Notes: generated by a model not told the origin, from the letters alone. A stretch of 64,000 nucleotides of DNA from Octopus vulgaris (GCA_951406725.2 OX597821.1:64170001-64234000), one strand, 5' to 3'. Numbered from the stretch's first letter, positions 39,225 through 52,728 are shown. Translations and numbers: made by a program.

Positions 39225-39266
39225 TCAAGCCTTCACTTCCTTCTTCTTTGCAGCCTTTTCCTTGGC
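39225..39266 (-). CDS. UCHL5: UCHL5 last coding exon (42 bp including TGA)
   Basis: tttacag|GCCAAGGAAAAG...GCTTGA; [13 protein letters not shown], a K/E-rich tail typical of UCH37. Confidence 0.92.
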   Translation of the reverse strand, partial: AKEKAAKKKEVKA

Positions 39267-42200
39267 CTGTAAACACACACAAAACAGACAGAGTGAATCG
39301 TGGCTAAAAATGAGCAGAAGGAGAATAATAATAATAATAACAATAATAATAATGATAATAATCCTTTTTACTACAGACACAAGGCCTGGAATTAGGGGAG
39401 GGGGACAGTCGATTATATTGACCCAGTACTTGTCTGGTACCTTTTTCATCAACCCAGAAAGGATGAAAGGCAAAGTTGACTTTGGTAGAATTTGAACACA
39501 GAACATAAAGACGGACAAAATGCCACTAAACAGTTTGCCCACCATGCTAACAAGTCTGCCACCTTAATAACAACAACAATCATGATAATAATCCAATCCT
39601 TTCTACTATAGCCATAAGGCCTGAAATATTGGGAGAGGGGAGTGGTCGATTATATTGACCCCAGGTACTTAATTTATTGACCCCAAAAAGATGAGAGGCA
39701 AAGCCAATCTTGGTGGAATATGAATTCAGAACACAGCGACAGGCGAAATAAGCATTTTACCAGGTGTGCTAACAGCAACAACAATTGCAAAAGCTGACAT
39801 TACTTGGAACTTCATGCATATTGCAAAAAGTACTGTCTGTCTGAGGTCCTTGTGACATTACAAACAGGACAAACCCCCTCGGTACACGCAATATCTTCAA
39901 TAAACAACTTCACGATGTTGTATACTGTGCGACGTCTATAATAATAATAATAATAATCATCATCCTTTCTCTTATAGGTACAAGGCATGAAATTTTAAGG
40001 AGAAAGATAGATGGCTACATCGACCCCAGTGCTCAACAGGACAACACTAGAGGTACCTCACAAAGCAGAGGATCCTTTGAAATTTCAATGATGTGATTGT
40101 TTATCTTTAGGTTGACATTGTAGGATGGGCATGAGATGCCAGATCTAGCAGTTTGAACATGTACAATATTTTAGCTGGATGTGGCTGGTTTAAAAGGTAA
40201 CGGGTTAATGCAGTCATACATAGCAACATGCATATGCATACAAGTGTACAACATGTATAATAATACCTACATAGAGTTTCATGCACATGTAGTAAACACA
40301 CAAAACTATGAGTAGTAGACACAGCAGCGAGTCAAAAGTTTACCTTCTCTACTAAAGGTACTAATTTCTCCTCTTTGGCCAGACACTTCAACAGTTCCAC
40401 TATAAATGGTAGGTAGTTGTGTTTGCGACGGATGTTTTCAATCTGAAAAGACAGTACCGGTGGACATGTTTAAACGGAATATTCTTAGTGTGAGAAATTC
40501 CAAAGTGAACCAAGACAAAAATAAAACAAAAACACAAAAAGAAACAAAAAAAGAACTTAACACTTTCAAGAATTCAGAACTGATTTGTATTTCTAAAATA
40601 TGACAAAAAAAAAAAAAAATGACTGAACCCCATCCCCCTTCATACTGACCCTTCATCATTACAAAGAAGTCTCGCACAGTGGCTTTATGGTGACTGCTAT
40701 TACTGCACGTGTTGAATCTGCTCTATTCTGATAAATGAATGAACATACACAAATGGCTGTGTGGTAAGATATTTGCTTTGCAACCACATGGCTCTGGGTT
40801 CAGTTCCACTACATGGCATCAAGAGCAATTGTCTTCTACTATAGCTCCAAACTAACCAAAGCCTTGTGAGTGAATTTGGCAGATGGAAACTGTGCAGAAG
40901 CCTATTGAGTATACATGTGTCTATAAACATACAAACATCCATGTAAGCGTCTGTGTGTGTGTGTATCTGTGTCATTGTGTTTGTCCCTCACACTGCTTGA
41001 CAACCAGTGTTAGTTTGTTTACATCCCACTAACACTGGTTCCGCAAAAGAGACTGATAAAATAAGCGGCACACTTCCCAAAAAAAAAAAAAAAAAATCAG
41101 TACTGGGGTTAATTTGATCTACTAAGCCTCCAGTATGGCCACAGTTTAATGACCGAAACATGCAAAAGGTAAAAGACAAACAAGAAAAAGAAAACAGAAA
41201 AAATAGCTTTTCAGTAAATAAAAATATAATAAAATAAAATAAAGCACTTACTTTGTAACGTGCCATCTTCTGTTCTTCTTCCTGTATCAACATCTGGAGT
41301 CTGCTTATCTCACTACCGATATCATCAGTCTCCATGGTAGAACTCTAGCAATGGCAAACAATGGTTATATAACTTATCCATAATATATTATCAAGATTAT
41401 CATACATAATATGCTGTTGTTGCCAAAAATTTTCCTTTGAGGTAAGTCACAGCCATACTATAAACTGATGATACTTAACTTTGATCTGATTTTTTTCCTG
41501 CAAAAGCCACTAAAAATGTTACTTCATAATGTATTTTTTTCTACTCTCAACCCAGCAACGGAAGAACAGCAAAGAGTTAGAAACAGCGACCAGGAAAGAG
41601 CAGCAAAACAGTGTGCAGATAGCAGGTTGCCCATTTGTGGTTTTCTTGGGAAAGACATGACAGTGGTTTTCCACTGATTACATTGGTTTATATAAAGTTT
41701 ATTTTGTTAATCTCTCATCAAGGAATTGGTTCACATGTTATCAGGGTATGTTCACACACTGGTGGGTCTGAGACAGATGCTAACAGTCACTGCACTGATT
41801 AAATTTTTGCATACTAACATGCAGGTATTGAATAAATTTCTAAAAACAACAACCCCCACCCCCACTTCCTCCTCCTCATCATCCCAGGTCTTCCTGGGTC
41901 TACCTCTTCCACAGGTTCCCTCAACTGCTAGGGTGTGGCACTTTTTCACACAGCTATCCTCATCCATTCTTGCCAATGACCATACCAGCGCAGTCGTCTC
42001 TCTTGCACACCACATCTGATGCTTCTTAGGTCCAACTTTTCTCTCAAGGTACTTACACTCTGTCGAGTATGCACACTGACATTACATATCCAGTGGAGCA
42101 TACTGGCTTCATTCCTTGCAAGCTTATGCATGTCCTCAGCAGTCACGGCCCATATTTCACTGCCATGTAGCATGGCTGTTCGTACACGTGCGTCATACAG

Positions 42201-45200
42201 TCTACTTTTTACTCTGAGCGAGAGGTCCTTTGCCACCAGCAGAAGTAAGAGCTCTCTGAACTTTGCCCAGGCTATTATGTCATATGAAGTGTGGAAAATT
42301 CTGGAATCTACACCACAATCAAAAACAAGTTGACTCAGTTTCTGTGTCTGAAGTGCATATACATGGAACTGAGTATACTCTGTTCCAACACAGTAAGGAC
42401 AAAGGGCCAGCCCAGCTCCAAGTCGTGTATGGCATAGCCACATGACCATCTTCTGCAATGTAATTAATAACTGGGACTTTTGACAGGTGCTGTCCAGAGC
42501 AAGGAGAAGCAGTGACTAAGGGGTAACACCATGTGCCACAAAACTTTTGAACCCCAAAGCTGAAACCTTACAACTGGACAGAGTTTGATATCTTTCTTTT
42601 GGAATTCAAATTTCCATTCATTTACTGAGTTTGAAAATAATACATTACAACTGAGGTCTCTAACATGCAAATATAAAATCAAAGGTACAAACAAAAAGCA
42701 AACCTCAAAATCTTTCATCTTGCGTTCGTATAACATTTTGCGATCTGAGACAATGGCCATCAAATTAAAGTGGATTTCATCATTGTGATATCTGAATGTA
42801 ACAGATATAGAAAGTAAAGGTTAAAACATTACATTTTCAAGAGAAGCAGTAAGTGTAAAGAAAGCTGGGAGTGGAAAATGTCATGTTAGAAATATAGCTG
42901 TGATGTTGGGAAGTAGTCAGTTGGAATGAAAATGAGGTATGGGATACAGCATTGTGACCAGCAAGGTATAACATCCAATAGTTTGATCAGAGCAATTTTC
43001 CGCCCCGACATCCAAAACTCAGAGTTTTATTATGGCAACCGAATAATTGTCACATATTATATTACAGATAAATTCCTCTATTCACATAATATCAAAGTCT
43101 CATTCATTCTGTTGTTGTCTTACCATAACTATTAATAATATATATATATATATATATATATCATTTGTAGAAAACATAAATCTAGAAGAGGAAGCACACT
43201 CTAAGATGTAGACCAGTATATATTAAAAATGGGGAAGGCTGGTTTATGGGATTATCTTAGGTTTAAAGAGTTTAGCTTTATGGCATATCGTCAGATCCCA
43301 AAAACCTGTTGGCCTATGACCCGCTCAAAAAATAAATTTCTCATTTCTGTAAATATGTACAAGTATGGCCTACTGGTCAGTTATTTTAATATAAACCATG
43401 TTGTCCCTGTAAAACACTCTGGCCAGGGTGCGAAAAAGATTGCTTGTAGAAAACATAGATCCAAAAGAAGACACACACTCTAAGATGTAGAGCATTTTTT
43501 GAAGAGGTCATGGGCCAACAGGTTTTTGAGATCTGACGATATGCCATAAAGTTTTATAGACGGATGGAAAACCTAAGATAATCCCATAAACCAGCCTTCA
43601 TCAGTTTTAATATATATATCATCACTATTTAACGTCCATCTTCCATGCATGTATGGATATATATATATGAGTGTATGAGCGTGTATATTTGTGCCTCTTT
43701 GTTTTATATCACGCAACTATTGTAAATAAATGTCATTCCTTTCCATTATTGTGGAAATGTGTCTGACCCTGTAGAAGAATCAGCTTGCTTTGGAAACAGG
43801 TAAGAGTTGGCAACAGGAAGAGCATCCAGCTGTGGAAAATTAGTTTCATTGGAATCCACCTTACTCAGGCTAGCATAGAGAAGCAGGTGATAAAATGACA
43901 ATGAGGATAGCTAAAAATGTAAGAGAAGGTAAAAACAATACCTACTTCTGAATCCGTTTCTCAATAACAGGTCTAACAACATCAAGCCAATCAGCATTCT
44001 CATCAACAACACCTGGCAAATAAAACAATTTAAAAGGTAAACATTAATGAGGTAGGGATGTAGATGAAATTGGGAATAATTTTGGAAACAGCGATACAGT
44101 TATGCGGTGTCTCCACATTTCGCCCGGCGTCCAAATGTTTCTTATTTCTTTATTACCCACATGGGGCTAATCATAGAGGGGACAAACAAGGAGAGACAAA
44201 GGGATTAAGTCAATTACATTGACCCCAGTGCGTAACTGGTACTTTATTTATCGATCCTGAAAGGATGAAAGGCAAAGTTAACCTATACAGAATTTGAACT
44301 CAGAATGTAAAGACAGACGAAATACTTATTTCTTTATTGCCCACAAGGGGCTAAACATAGAGGAGACAAACAAGGACAGACAAAGGGATTAAATCAATTA
44401 CATTGACCCCAGTGTGAAACTGGTACTTATTTAATCGACCCCGAAAGGATGAAAGGCCAAGTCGACTTTGGCGGAATTTGAACTCAGAACGTAACGACAG
44501 ACGAAATACTGCTAAGCATTTCGCCTGGCGTGTTAATGTTTCTGCCAGCTTGCCTTAACTAAATATTACAAGACATAACAATAACACTATTTATTTACTG
44601 ATCAATCAACAACAGATGCACACCAGACTTGAAAATCCTATTTGCAATCTGGAATGAAAGCGTTTGGCCAAGTGGTTAAGGCATTCAGCTCAAGATTGCA
44701 AATTCCTGAAGTTCAGTTCCCAGTGGTGCACTGTGTCCCTGAGCAAGACACTTTATCTTAGGGTACGCATATCTGAGGAGTACTCAGCCACTTGCCCATT
44801 AATATTAATTTCACGAGCAGGCTGTTCCGTTGAAACTGGGCCCCTCATTGTCATAACCGGCATAGTACCAGTATTTAAAAATTTTTTATTTACAACCTGA
44901 GCACTTGTTTCCCTAACACTATCACTGTTTTTGCTGGGTTAAATATTTGACTTGCTAAAGGCAACAGCCAAATTCTCAAATACTCTACCTGGTTTTGAAA
45001 CAAAGAGAGGAAGATCACATTGGATAACAAAGTTTAAAAAAAAAATACCTGACTGGAAACAAGGAATGGTCATTGTTGGAAAGCCTTTAATCAAATTTAG
45101 TATGGAGAGGAGGGGAAGTTATACACATGAAAAGACAAAGAAGGGAAGAATACATGAACTAAGATAGTGGGGGAGGGGGGGAGAAGAGAGAACTGGAAAA

Positions 45201-48200
45201 GGGAGAATGGAAAGCAAAATGCAAAACCAGCTAATGGGCGAACCCCTATGAGGTCACTTTACCTACAAGAAACAGCAGCTAAATCTCCTTCTGACAGTTC
45301 TCTAACACTATTAAAAAAAAAAAAAAAAAAAAAAAAAGGAAGGGCATGTTAAATAATGTAGTTTTAGATATTCCTAAAACATATGAGATTGCTGTGGCCA
45401 GAAGGCTTTTTATCACAAATTGGCAAGATCAGGGATGACCAGCAGCTGAAGAAAAATATCCAAGAGAAAAGGAGTGGGAGGCAACAGTAAGAGACTCACC
45501 TAAATCTACTGGTCCATCTTTCAAGCCATCCAGTTCATACAAGCGTCCATTGATGGGCAGATAACCCACAAAGTGGTACACATCATCATCCTTTTTGGCT
45601 AATTTCTCATCAAATTCAAACATCTGTTGCCTTTGTAAACGAAAGACAAATAAATAAACAAACAAGATTTAACCTTTGTCAGTGTTTGTAATGTCTTTGA
45701 ATAAAACAACATTTTAATATCATCCCTTCAAGTGGTGTACCTCTATGGAGCCACTTGACTTGATAAAAGCAAGAGCCAGATAGATTTCCCTACTTTTCTT
45801 TTGGGAAAAACTTCTTCCTTTGTTTCAATGGATTTTGAAAATCATGAAGAATTTAGGAAAATAACAAGGAAGCATTTGGGGAAGGACTCAACTTGAAATT
45901 TATCAGGAAGGTTTTAATTTAATTTAAATCACTTTAAAACAGGGTATTTGTATCAGAATCAAGGGCAATCTCAGGTGGGTTGGTTTAAACCACACCCATC
46001 ATCATCATCATCATCATCACTACCACCACCATCACCGCCAACACCACCTCCACCACCATCATCATCATTATTATCACAATCATCTTAGTCATCATCATCA
46101 TCACAGTCATCATAATCACCACTGCCGCCATCATTCGCAATTATCATCATCATCATCAGTCATCATAATCACCACCACTGCCATCATTCGCAATCATAAC
46201 CAACAACATTATTTTACATTGCCTTCCCATGCTGGCATAGCATCAATGGTTCATCATGTCTGAGCCAATTCTTAATCAGAATTAGTGTCCTTCCAGACAA
46301 ATTGAAGAACTACATATAGCTCAGACATTCCAGTTTTGGTAAGGCTCTTATGACTGAATGCCTTTCAATCCAAGAAAAAGGGAGGCAGTCCATTGCTCAA
46401 TATGATTAAACTTATGACTAAACTTGCAAATTAATTTCTTAACCACAAAGGCATGTTAATGGAGCATCACTGAAACAAATGGAGGAGTCTAAGCATTCTG
46501 GGACTGTATTCATGAGAGATGCAAAGGTAGGAGGCTGAACTGAACGCTTGCACTGCTGTTGCTTGCAAAATAATGCACCAACTTGAGCAAATGCTCCTCA
46601 GAGGAGGAGAAATTGGTAAAGAAATCCAACTTTTCTATGATCAAGTTCAATTTTCATGCCTATCCTCACATGTGGCCATGAATATAGGGTAATGACCAAG
46701 GGAGTACGACTGCGAAAACAAGTGGCCAAAATGTGGCTCTTCTAGAAGGCCCATGGAGTAATGCTACTCAACAGAATCTCTCCAGATTGAACTACTACTA
46801 CATCTCCACACTGAGAAGTCACAGCTCCGGAACTATGGATGTCACAAGAAAGAATCACAAGACTGATTCTTCAAGCTCAGCCAACTGGCAGGAGACCTAG
46901 GGGTAGGGGTACCCAAGAATGAGATGGTTCAATAATATGCATAGTCTCACTTGTCTGTGCTTCGGAATACAGTCAGGACGTCTAATGACGGTTGCTTTTA
47001 ATAAGAACCTTTGGAGGAGGTATCTGAGAACTTTTTCCCCAACAACCCTTTCAGGAACAGTAGGGAGAGAAGATGAATGGATCACAAAGGCCTTACAAAA
47101 GATATAGCTGTTCACACTCTTCTTTTGACAGTGAAAAAAAGAAAGAGAAAAAGAAAACAAAAGGGAAATGAAATCAATATTCTTACCGAGAGAAACTATT
47201 ATGAACTTGACGTATAACATCAGAATTACTCAAAGTCAATCCACGTATCTGTAAAGAAAAAGAAAATCATAAATTACATACTGTAACAACCGCCACTGTC
47301 GCCACCACCACCACCACCATCATTATTATTTAATGTCCATTTTCCATACCAGCATAGAGTGGGCAGCTTGACAGGAACTGGCAAGGCCAGGGGCTGCACC
47401 AGGTTCTATAGTCTGTTTCAGCTTGGTTTCTACAGCTGGATACCCATCCTAATGCCAACCACTTTACAGAGTGTACTGGATGCTTTTTATGTGGCACCAC
47501 CACCGGTGCTTTTTCTATCTCCAAATCTGGAGAAAATAACAATAAGATAAACTATTTCTTTGTGTCAATCCAAACATTGAACAGACAAGAAAAAACAACA
47601 ACGCAAGGATGTGGAACAAGTACTGTGTTATTGGACACTCAGGAAAGAATAGAAAGGAGATTTCATGTTTTGAGTGGAGCTCTTCATCAGAAATATACAA
47701 AAAGTCCAAAGAAGGGAAGACGGAGAAAGAAAATCGCCAACGATACAGACGCGATCACATTGAAATGACAGGAAGAGAATGGTTGAAGAAAAAGTTCTTT
47801 CCAAGACAGGAGAGTGCAAGAGAAGGAGGTATGTGTGTGTGGTTGTGGCTGTTTATGTATGTGTGTGGCTGTTTATGTATGTGTGTGGTTGGACTAGTGT
47901 CGATAAGGTCGTAGGAAGAATTTATAGTAATACAATGGGTTTCTTTCAGTTTCAGTCTACCAAATCCACTCATGAGGCTTTGGTTGACCTAAGGCTATAG
48001 TAGAAGACATTAGCCTGAGGTGCCATGCAGTAGGACTGAACCTGGGTGCATGTGGTTGGGAAGAATTGCCTCCTACCACATGGTAACAAAAGGGTTAATG
48101 TTGGCCTGTATCCTTTGACCTGTGCATCATGGGACACCTTACCAACAATTCGTGCTCCCCTGGCAAAGGTTTCAGAGTCACTGATGCACCTTTCCACAAC

Positions 48201-49997
48201 AAGGACTGGGCCTAGTGGTGAAGTGAATAATGTAGTGTGAGTTAAAATGTCTGGAAAGGCAGTAAGGCCAAGGCTAGAATACCTCTGATTATAAGTCTGC
48301 TCAATCAAGGCTGAGCTGGGAGTTAAACAACAACATCAACAACAAAATATACAGTAAAACCTTGCAGCACGAGTGCCTCATTGTACAAGTAATTTGCTGT
48401 ACGAGCCGAGACCCGTGGAAATTTTTGACTTGAAATACGAGCAGAAATCTGCAGTACGAGCACACAAATCACCCCCTCTTTAAGGTAATGCAGTTAATAA
48501 AACCAGTTTATATATTTCTCTTGCATTCTCTTTTTTATAATTGTCAATTTACTTGTAACTACACCATTTCTGTTTTAAAACCCATAAAAAGTCATTTTTG
48601 AGTGGTTTTTGAGAGCAGGAACGGATTAATTATATTTTAGTTAATTTCAATGGGGAAAATTGATTTGTAAAATGAGTAAATCGTAAGATGAGCTTGAGTC
48701 ATGGAATGAACTAAACTCGTACTGCGAGGTACCACTGTACTTGAAATGCAAGAGGAAACAATTACTTACAGCTGGGTCAAAGTTTTGAACAAACTCTTTG
48801 AAAGACGTCAAGGTTTCTCCCAATTCCAGATCTTCATGTTTGCAGTTGAGCAAAATACTGAGAATAGCTTGTGTTGCACATGCGTTGTTAATTACCTGCA
48901 GGAGCATAATCAAAATGAAATAAAAACAAGCAAAGAAAGTAAAATAAAATAAAATATATATGTATGCGTGAGTGAGTGTATGTGCGTCTGTGTGTGTTGG
49001 GCCTCATGGAGGCAAGGTAGCTGGGTTCCTTTTGAGTGTTGGACTTCACAGAGGCAATGACCAAGACCTTTGGCGTTGTGTCATGCTTGAGAAGAAAACC
49101 CATCAAGCCGAGCAAAATTAGACATGGCAGACACTGGCATCACGCAAATCAGCACTGATGTCGCTGGCAAATCCGCTACCAAATCCACTCACAAGGCTTT
49201 GGTCAGCCTGAGGCTATAGTAGAAGACACTTGCCCAAGGTGCCATGTAGTGGGACTGAACCCAGAACTATGTGGTTGGTTAGCAAGCTACTTACCACACA
49301 GCCACTCCTGCACCTATATATATTTATATATATATACATACATATACATACATATATACATCATCACCATTGTCATCATTTAATATCTGCCTTTCATGCT
49401 GATATATATTATATTTACAGAGCAATGAATTGACGACAATTATTTGTGAAGAACATTATTGACTGTAGTTATCTAGTGTAGCAATTTAAAAATGATAATA
49501 ACAGAATCAGTAATATAGGTGATTGCAGGCTAAAAAAAACAAAAACATTAAATAGCTGAAGGATTAAAATTAATCAAAGGACATACCAAGTATGTCTATC
49601 TGCTGGAAATAACAGTCAAAACCCTTATTTAAATCACCAAAATACACTGATAATAACGACAGAATTCAACCGTCCAAAGGCAAACGAGCTAAACTGATTC
49701 TGGCTGCCAATGATTCCGTACAAAATGTATCAGTTGCAGCACAGACTTCAGCGTGACAGGTTTGGAGCTCTTTATCATGGTAACGCAAGCTGAGGAAGGT
49801 GAGGCTATTATGCCAGTCCAGAAACCGGTCCATGTGAGTCCAAATACTTGAAGGTATGCTGAGACATCGTCTTAGACCATTTGCCTTCGGACGATTGATT
49901 TCTGTAGTTATTATCAGTGTAGTATTTTAGTGATTTAAGTAAGAGTTTTGATTGTTATTTCTAGCTGGTAGACATACTCAGTAAGTCCTTTGATTGA

Positions 49998-50028
<31 letters not shown>

Positions 50029-52521
50029 TTACATACATATGTATAGAGACATGCATAAATATAAACATATATACATACACCCATATTGTGTGTGTGTGTG
50101 GGTGTGAGAAATTAAACTTACTTGTTTAGCAAAGAATATTTGGTTCAGTCGATTGTCTCGTACAATGGAGCCATCTGGTTCTGTCTCAGGTACCCATTTG
50201 AATAGAAAAATAAGTCCATGGACAGGTCTGCAACAGATGAACATTTAATAACACAGCTTGGAATGAAATGCTGGGAGATATGAAATCTGACTTTATAATA
50301 GTCCAGACATATAAGAACATCACTATTAGGTCTAAAAGACTGAGTAAGTTTTCAGCTACTTTCTCTAGAGCAACAGATCCCATAATGGATTCTTCTATAA
50401 TCAAGATGATGTCAAACCACATCTAGAAAGACATCATTCCATTATTCTTAATGCCATTATTTGTGTTTTCATATTTTGAGAGAGAGAGAGAGAGAGTGTG
50501 TGTGTGTGTGCCCATGCATGCATGTATATATGCCATAAGGACTGCAAATCTAACGGAGGCTTCAAAAGACATTTTAAGATCCACAAAGATGAAGACTTAA
50601 CTGCAGCTCTTGGTGGTCCAAAGCAGATATGCAATTTATGTGGGTGTCTTTTCCAAAAACTTTGCCCGGTTTAAAAAGCTGCATCAGACGCCTTGATAAA
50701 TCTAAGTACAAGAGGCGGTCAGACTCTGCATAAGGCGCAGACAACCACCATGCATGCATGCATGTATGTATGTATGTATGTATGTATGTATGAGCGCATA
50801 TGTATGTATGTACATATACAGCTAGATGTACAAACAAAAGAAAAGAGCAGTCAATATGAAATTTAAATTTAGAGTTGCATTACAGTAATCCTTCAACTAT
50901 CACGGGTGTTATGTCCCAAACATATCAGGACAATTCCCCCCAACAACTACCACTTGGTTAATTACCCCCTATCCAATATATTAAGAAGCTTTAAATCATC
51001 ATCTGTTGTCCTCAGGGGTAATTGTCCTTAGTGGAAAGGGTTGTTGTCCGTGGGGGTAAATATCCTAGACTCGTCCCCAAACCCTCTGCAATAGGTGAAA
51101 ATCCATCCAAGAAGTAGAAACAGTACTATACTGTATATTTTTTTTTTCATTGTTTTTATAATTTGTATATATTTATTTTATTATAAATGCAAAACAACAC
51201 CATGGAGGAATCGACGTAAGCCGAAGTAAGAAACCGTGTTAGGTGAACCACGATATGGTGACGTCGAGTTTCACAGGTACAGAAAACACATCTTATTGTT
51301 CAAATAATGTGGTATGGGATTATGCTGAGAATGCAGGGTGAGTAGCAGGGGAAATGGCTCCAAGGAGAATAATAATTGGTAGCATAGTCATGCTAGACAC
51401 ACACTGAAACGCAAATGCTTTAAAATAAAACGTTTTATATCATAAAACCAGAGAGGATTACAGAGAGATCAGTATCAAAAGGCATTAACCTTTTAATATT
51501 CAGATTATTTTGTCAAACTTAATGCTCTTTAATTCATATTGTTTTTAATTAATCACACATCATTTCATGGCTTCAAAATTTCGATGATGTGATTGAAAAT
51601 TTTATAATGACATTGAAGGGTGTGACAGGCTGGATCTGGCTGGTTAGAAAATAAAACAGGTAGCATATTTGGGCTGCATATGGCCAGTTTGAATGCTAAA
51701 AGATTAACCCTTTAGCATTCAGATTTTTCTGTCAAATGTAATCCTTATTCATTCACATCATCATCATCATCGTTTAACTTCCGCTTTCCATGCTAGCATG
51801 GGTTGGACAATTTGACTGAGGACTGGCAAACCAGATGGCTGCACCAGGCTCCAGTCTGATCTGGCAAGGTTTCTACAGCTGGATGCCCTTCCTAACACCA
51901 ACCACTATGAGAGTGTAGTGGGTGGTTTCACTTGCCACTGGCATGAGGGCCAGTTAGGCAATACTGGCAATGGCCACGCTCAAATGGTGTTTTTTTACGT
52001 GCCACCTGCATAGGAGCCAGTCCAGCGGCACTGGCAATGACCTCGCTCGAATGTTTTTTCACGTGCCAGTAAGGCGACACTGGTAACAATCACGCATGAA
52101 TGGTGCTTTCTACATGCCATCAGCACGGAAGCCAATTAGCTGCTCTGACAACGATCATGTTTGGATGGTGCTCTTAGCGCTCCACTAGCACGAATGCCAG
52201 TCATCGAATTTGATTTTGATTTCACTTGCCTCAACAGGTCTTCGCAAGCAGAGTTTAGCATTCACATTGTTTTAAATTAATCATGTATTATCTTGTAGCT
52301 TTGAGATTTTATTTTTAGAATGACATTGTATGGTAGGTGTGAGAGATCAGATCTGGCTGGTTTGTACATAAAACAGGTAAAATATTTTGACCAGATACAA
52401 CCGATTTAAATGCTAAAGGGTTAAGCAACAAATTTGAAAACAACAAAACTTCCTTACTTTAAATTTTTGAAACTGTCAGAATCTAAGCTCCATATCTCTT
52501 CCACCTGAATTCCTTTGACAC
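39225..52521 (-). CDS. UCHL5: Ubiquitin C-terminal hydrolase L5 (UCH37), spliced gene, exons 2-11; 5' partial
   Basis: Joined exons translate without a stop: [33 protein letters not shown]...[23 protein letters not shown]...[28 protein letters not shown]...[27 protein letters not shown]-...[19 protein letters not shown]...[13 protein letters not shown]. Peptidase C12 residues are present (oxyanion Q in FAKQ, C in NACAT, H in YHFV, D in YELDG), followed by the UCH37 C-terminal tail. Total 878 nt, which requires a phase-1 first exon. Confidence 0.97.
40344..40442 (-). CDS. UCHL5: UCHL5 coding exon 10 (99 bp)
   Basis: ttttcag|ATTGAA...GAGAAG|gtaaac; [33 protein letters not shown]. Confidence 0.96.
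41252..41344 (-). CDS. UCHL5: UCHL5 coding exon 9 (93 bp)
   Basis: ttgctag|AGTTCTACC...TACAAA|gtaagt; [31 protein letters not shown]. Confidence 0.91.
41880..42278 (-). mobile_element. RTE-clade LINE RT C-terminal fragment in UCHL5 intron 8
   Basis: [10 protein letters not shown]...[26 protein letters not shown]...ERRLRWYGH; after a frameshift, [13 protein letters not shown]...[10 protein letters not shown]. Confidence 0.9.
42704..42791 (-). CDS. UCHL5: UCHL5 coding exon 8 (88 bp)
   Basis: attcag|ATATCAC...TTTGAG|gtttgc; [29 protein letters not shown]. The donor is weak but in phase. Confidence 0.9.
43218..43617. repeat. Inverted repeat with degenerate hammerheads in UCHL5 intron 7
   Basis: 43218-43332 is reverse-complementary to 43494-43617; direct repeat at 43168-43211/43446-43490; arms carry tg(g/a)gat-CTGACGA...AAAcctaagATA-atccca. 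Confidence 0.85.
43946..44012 (-). CDS. UCHL5: UCHL5 coding exon 7 (67 bp)
   Basis: ttgccag|GTGTT...CAGAA|gtaggt; (G)[21 protein letters not shown](K). Confidence 0.94.
45500..45630 (-). CDS. UCHL5: UCHL5 coding exon 6 (131 bp, catalytic His/Asp)
   Basis: tttacaaag|GCAACAG...TTAG|gtgagt; [43 protein letters not shown]. Confidence 0.95.
46440..47080 (+). mobile_element. Older RTE-clade LINE 3' fragment
   Basis: Remnants [37 protein letters not shown] and an RPRGR.PR.RW-like motif across frameshifts. Confidence 0.72.
47187..47248 (-). CDS. UCHL5: UCHL5 coding exon 5 (62 bp)
   Basis: tttacag|ATACGTGGA...TCTCG|gtaaga; [20 protein letters not shown](R). Confidence 0.95.
48352..48737. mobile_element. 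Tigger/pogo-type MITE
   Basis: TA|CAGTAAAACCTTGCAGCACGAGT ... ACTCGTACTGCGAGGTACCACTG|TA: imperfect 23-bp TIRs and a TA duplication; ends ~30 bp from the exon 4 donor. Confidence 0.8.
48770..48895 (-). CDS. UCHL5: UCHL5 coding exon 4 (126 bp, catalytic Cys)
   Basis: ctgcag|GTAATT...CCAGCT|gtaagt; [42 protein letters not shown]. Confidence 0.96.
49784..49836 (+). ncRNA. Minimal type I hammerhead motif, antisense within UCHL5 intron 3
   Basis: cgcaag-CTGAGGA-(ggc tattat gcc hairpin)-GAAA-CCG-GTC-catgtg; palindromic ACCGGT stem III; stem I has one mismatch. Confidence 0.58.
50122..50227 (-). CDS. UCHL5: UCHL5 coding exon 3 (106 bp)
   Basis: ttgcag|ACCTGTC...GCTAAACAA|gtaagt; [35 protein letters not shown]. 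Confidence 0.96.
50883..51265. mobile_element. Tigger-like MITE remnant with a nested TIR element (50921-51072)
   Basis: Starts TA|CAGTAATCCTTC; the insert has inverted ggacaattcccc/ggggtaattgtcc motifs and is flanked by near-duplicated gtccc(c)aaac. Confidence 0.45.
51489..52420. mobile_element. Two tandem piggyBac-type MITEs; the second is interrupted by an RTE-tailed SINE
   Basis: TTAA|CCCTTTAGCATT...AATGCTAAAGGG|TTAA; shared TTAA at 51704-51707. Further copies near 40075-40208, 58440-59000, 59040-59757 and 60940-61162. Confidence 0.8.
51757..52250 (-). mobile_element. SINE/short retroelement with (GAT)n RTE-like tail (family D)
   Basis: Plus strand catcatcatcgtttaac...ttccatgctagcatgggttggac...ctggatgcccttcctaac; related copies near 37510, 47320, 52975, 54510, 59170 and 59460. 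Confidence 0.75.
52458..52521 (-). CDS. UCHL5: UCHL5 coding exon 2 (64 bp)
   Basis: ttttcacag|GTGTCAAAGG...AATTTAAA|gtaagg; encodes (G)[20 protein letters not shown](K). Not in the ORF track. Confidence 0.95.
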
Positions 52522-52728
52522 CTGTGAAAAGAAAAAAATATAATTAATAAGGAGGATTAATGTCATCTCAATAGTTTGTCTTTTATAAGGTGCAGGCATG
52601 GCAGTGTGGTTAAAACAGCTTGCTTTATAACCATGAGGTTTCAGGTTCAGTTCCACTGTCTGGCATCTTGGGCAAGTGTCTTTTGTTACAGTCCCAGGCC
52701 AACCAATGCCTCATGAGTGAATTTGATA

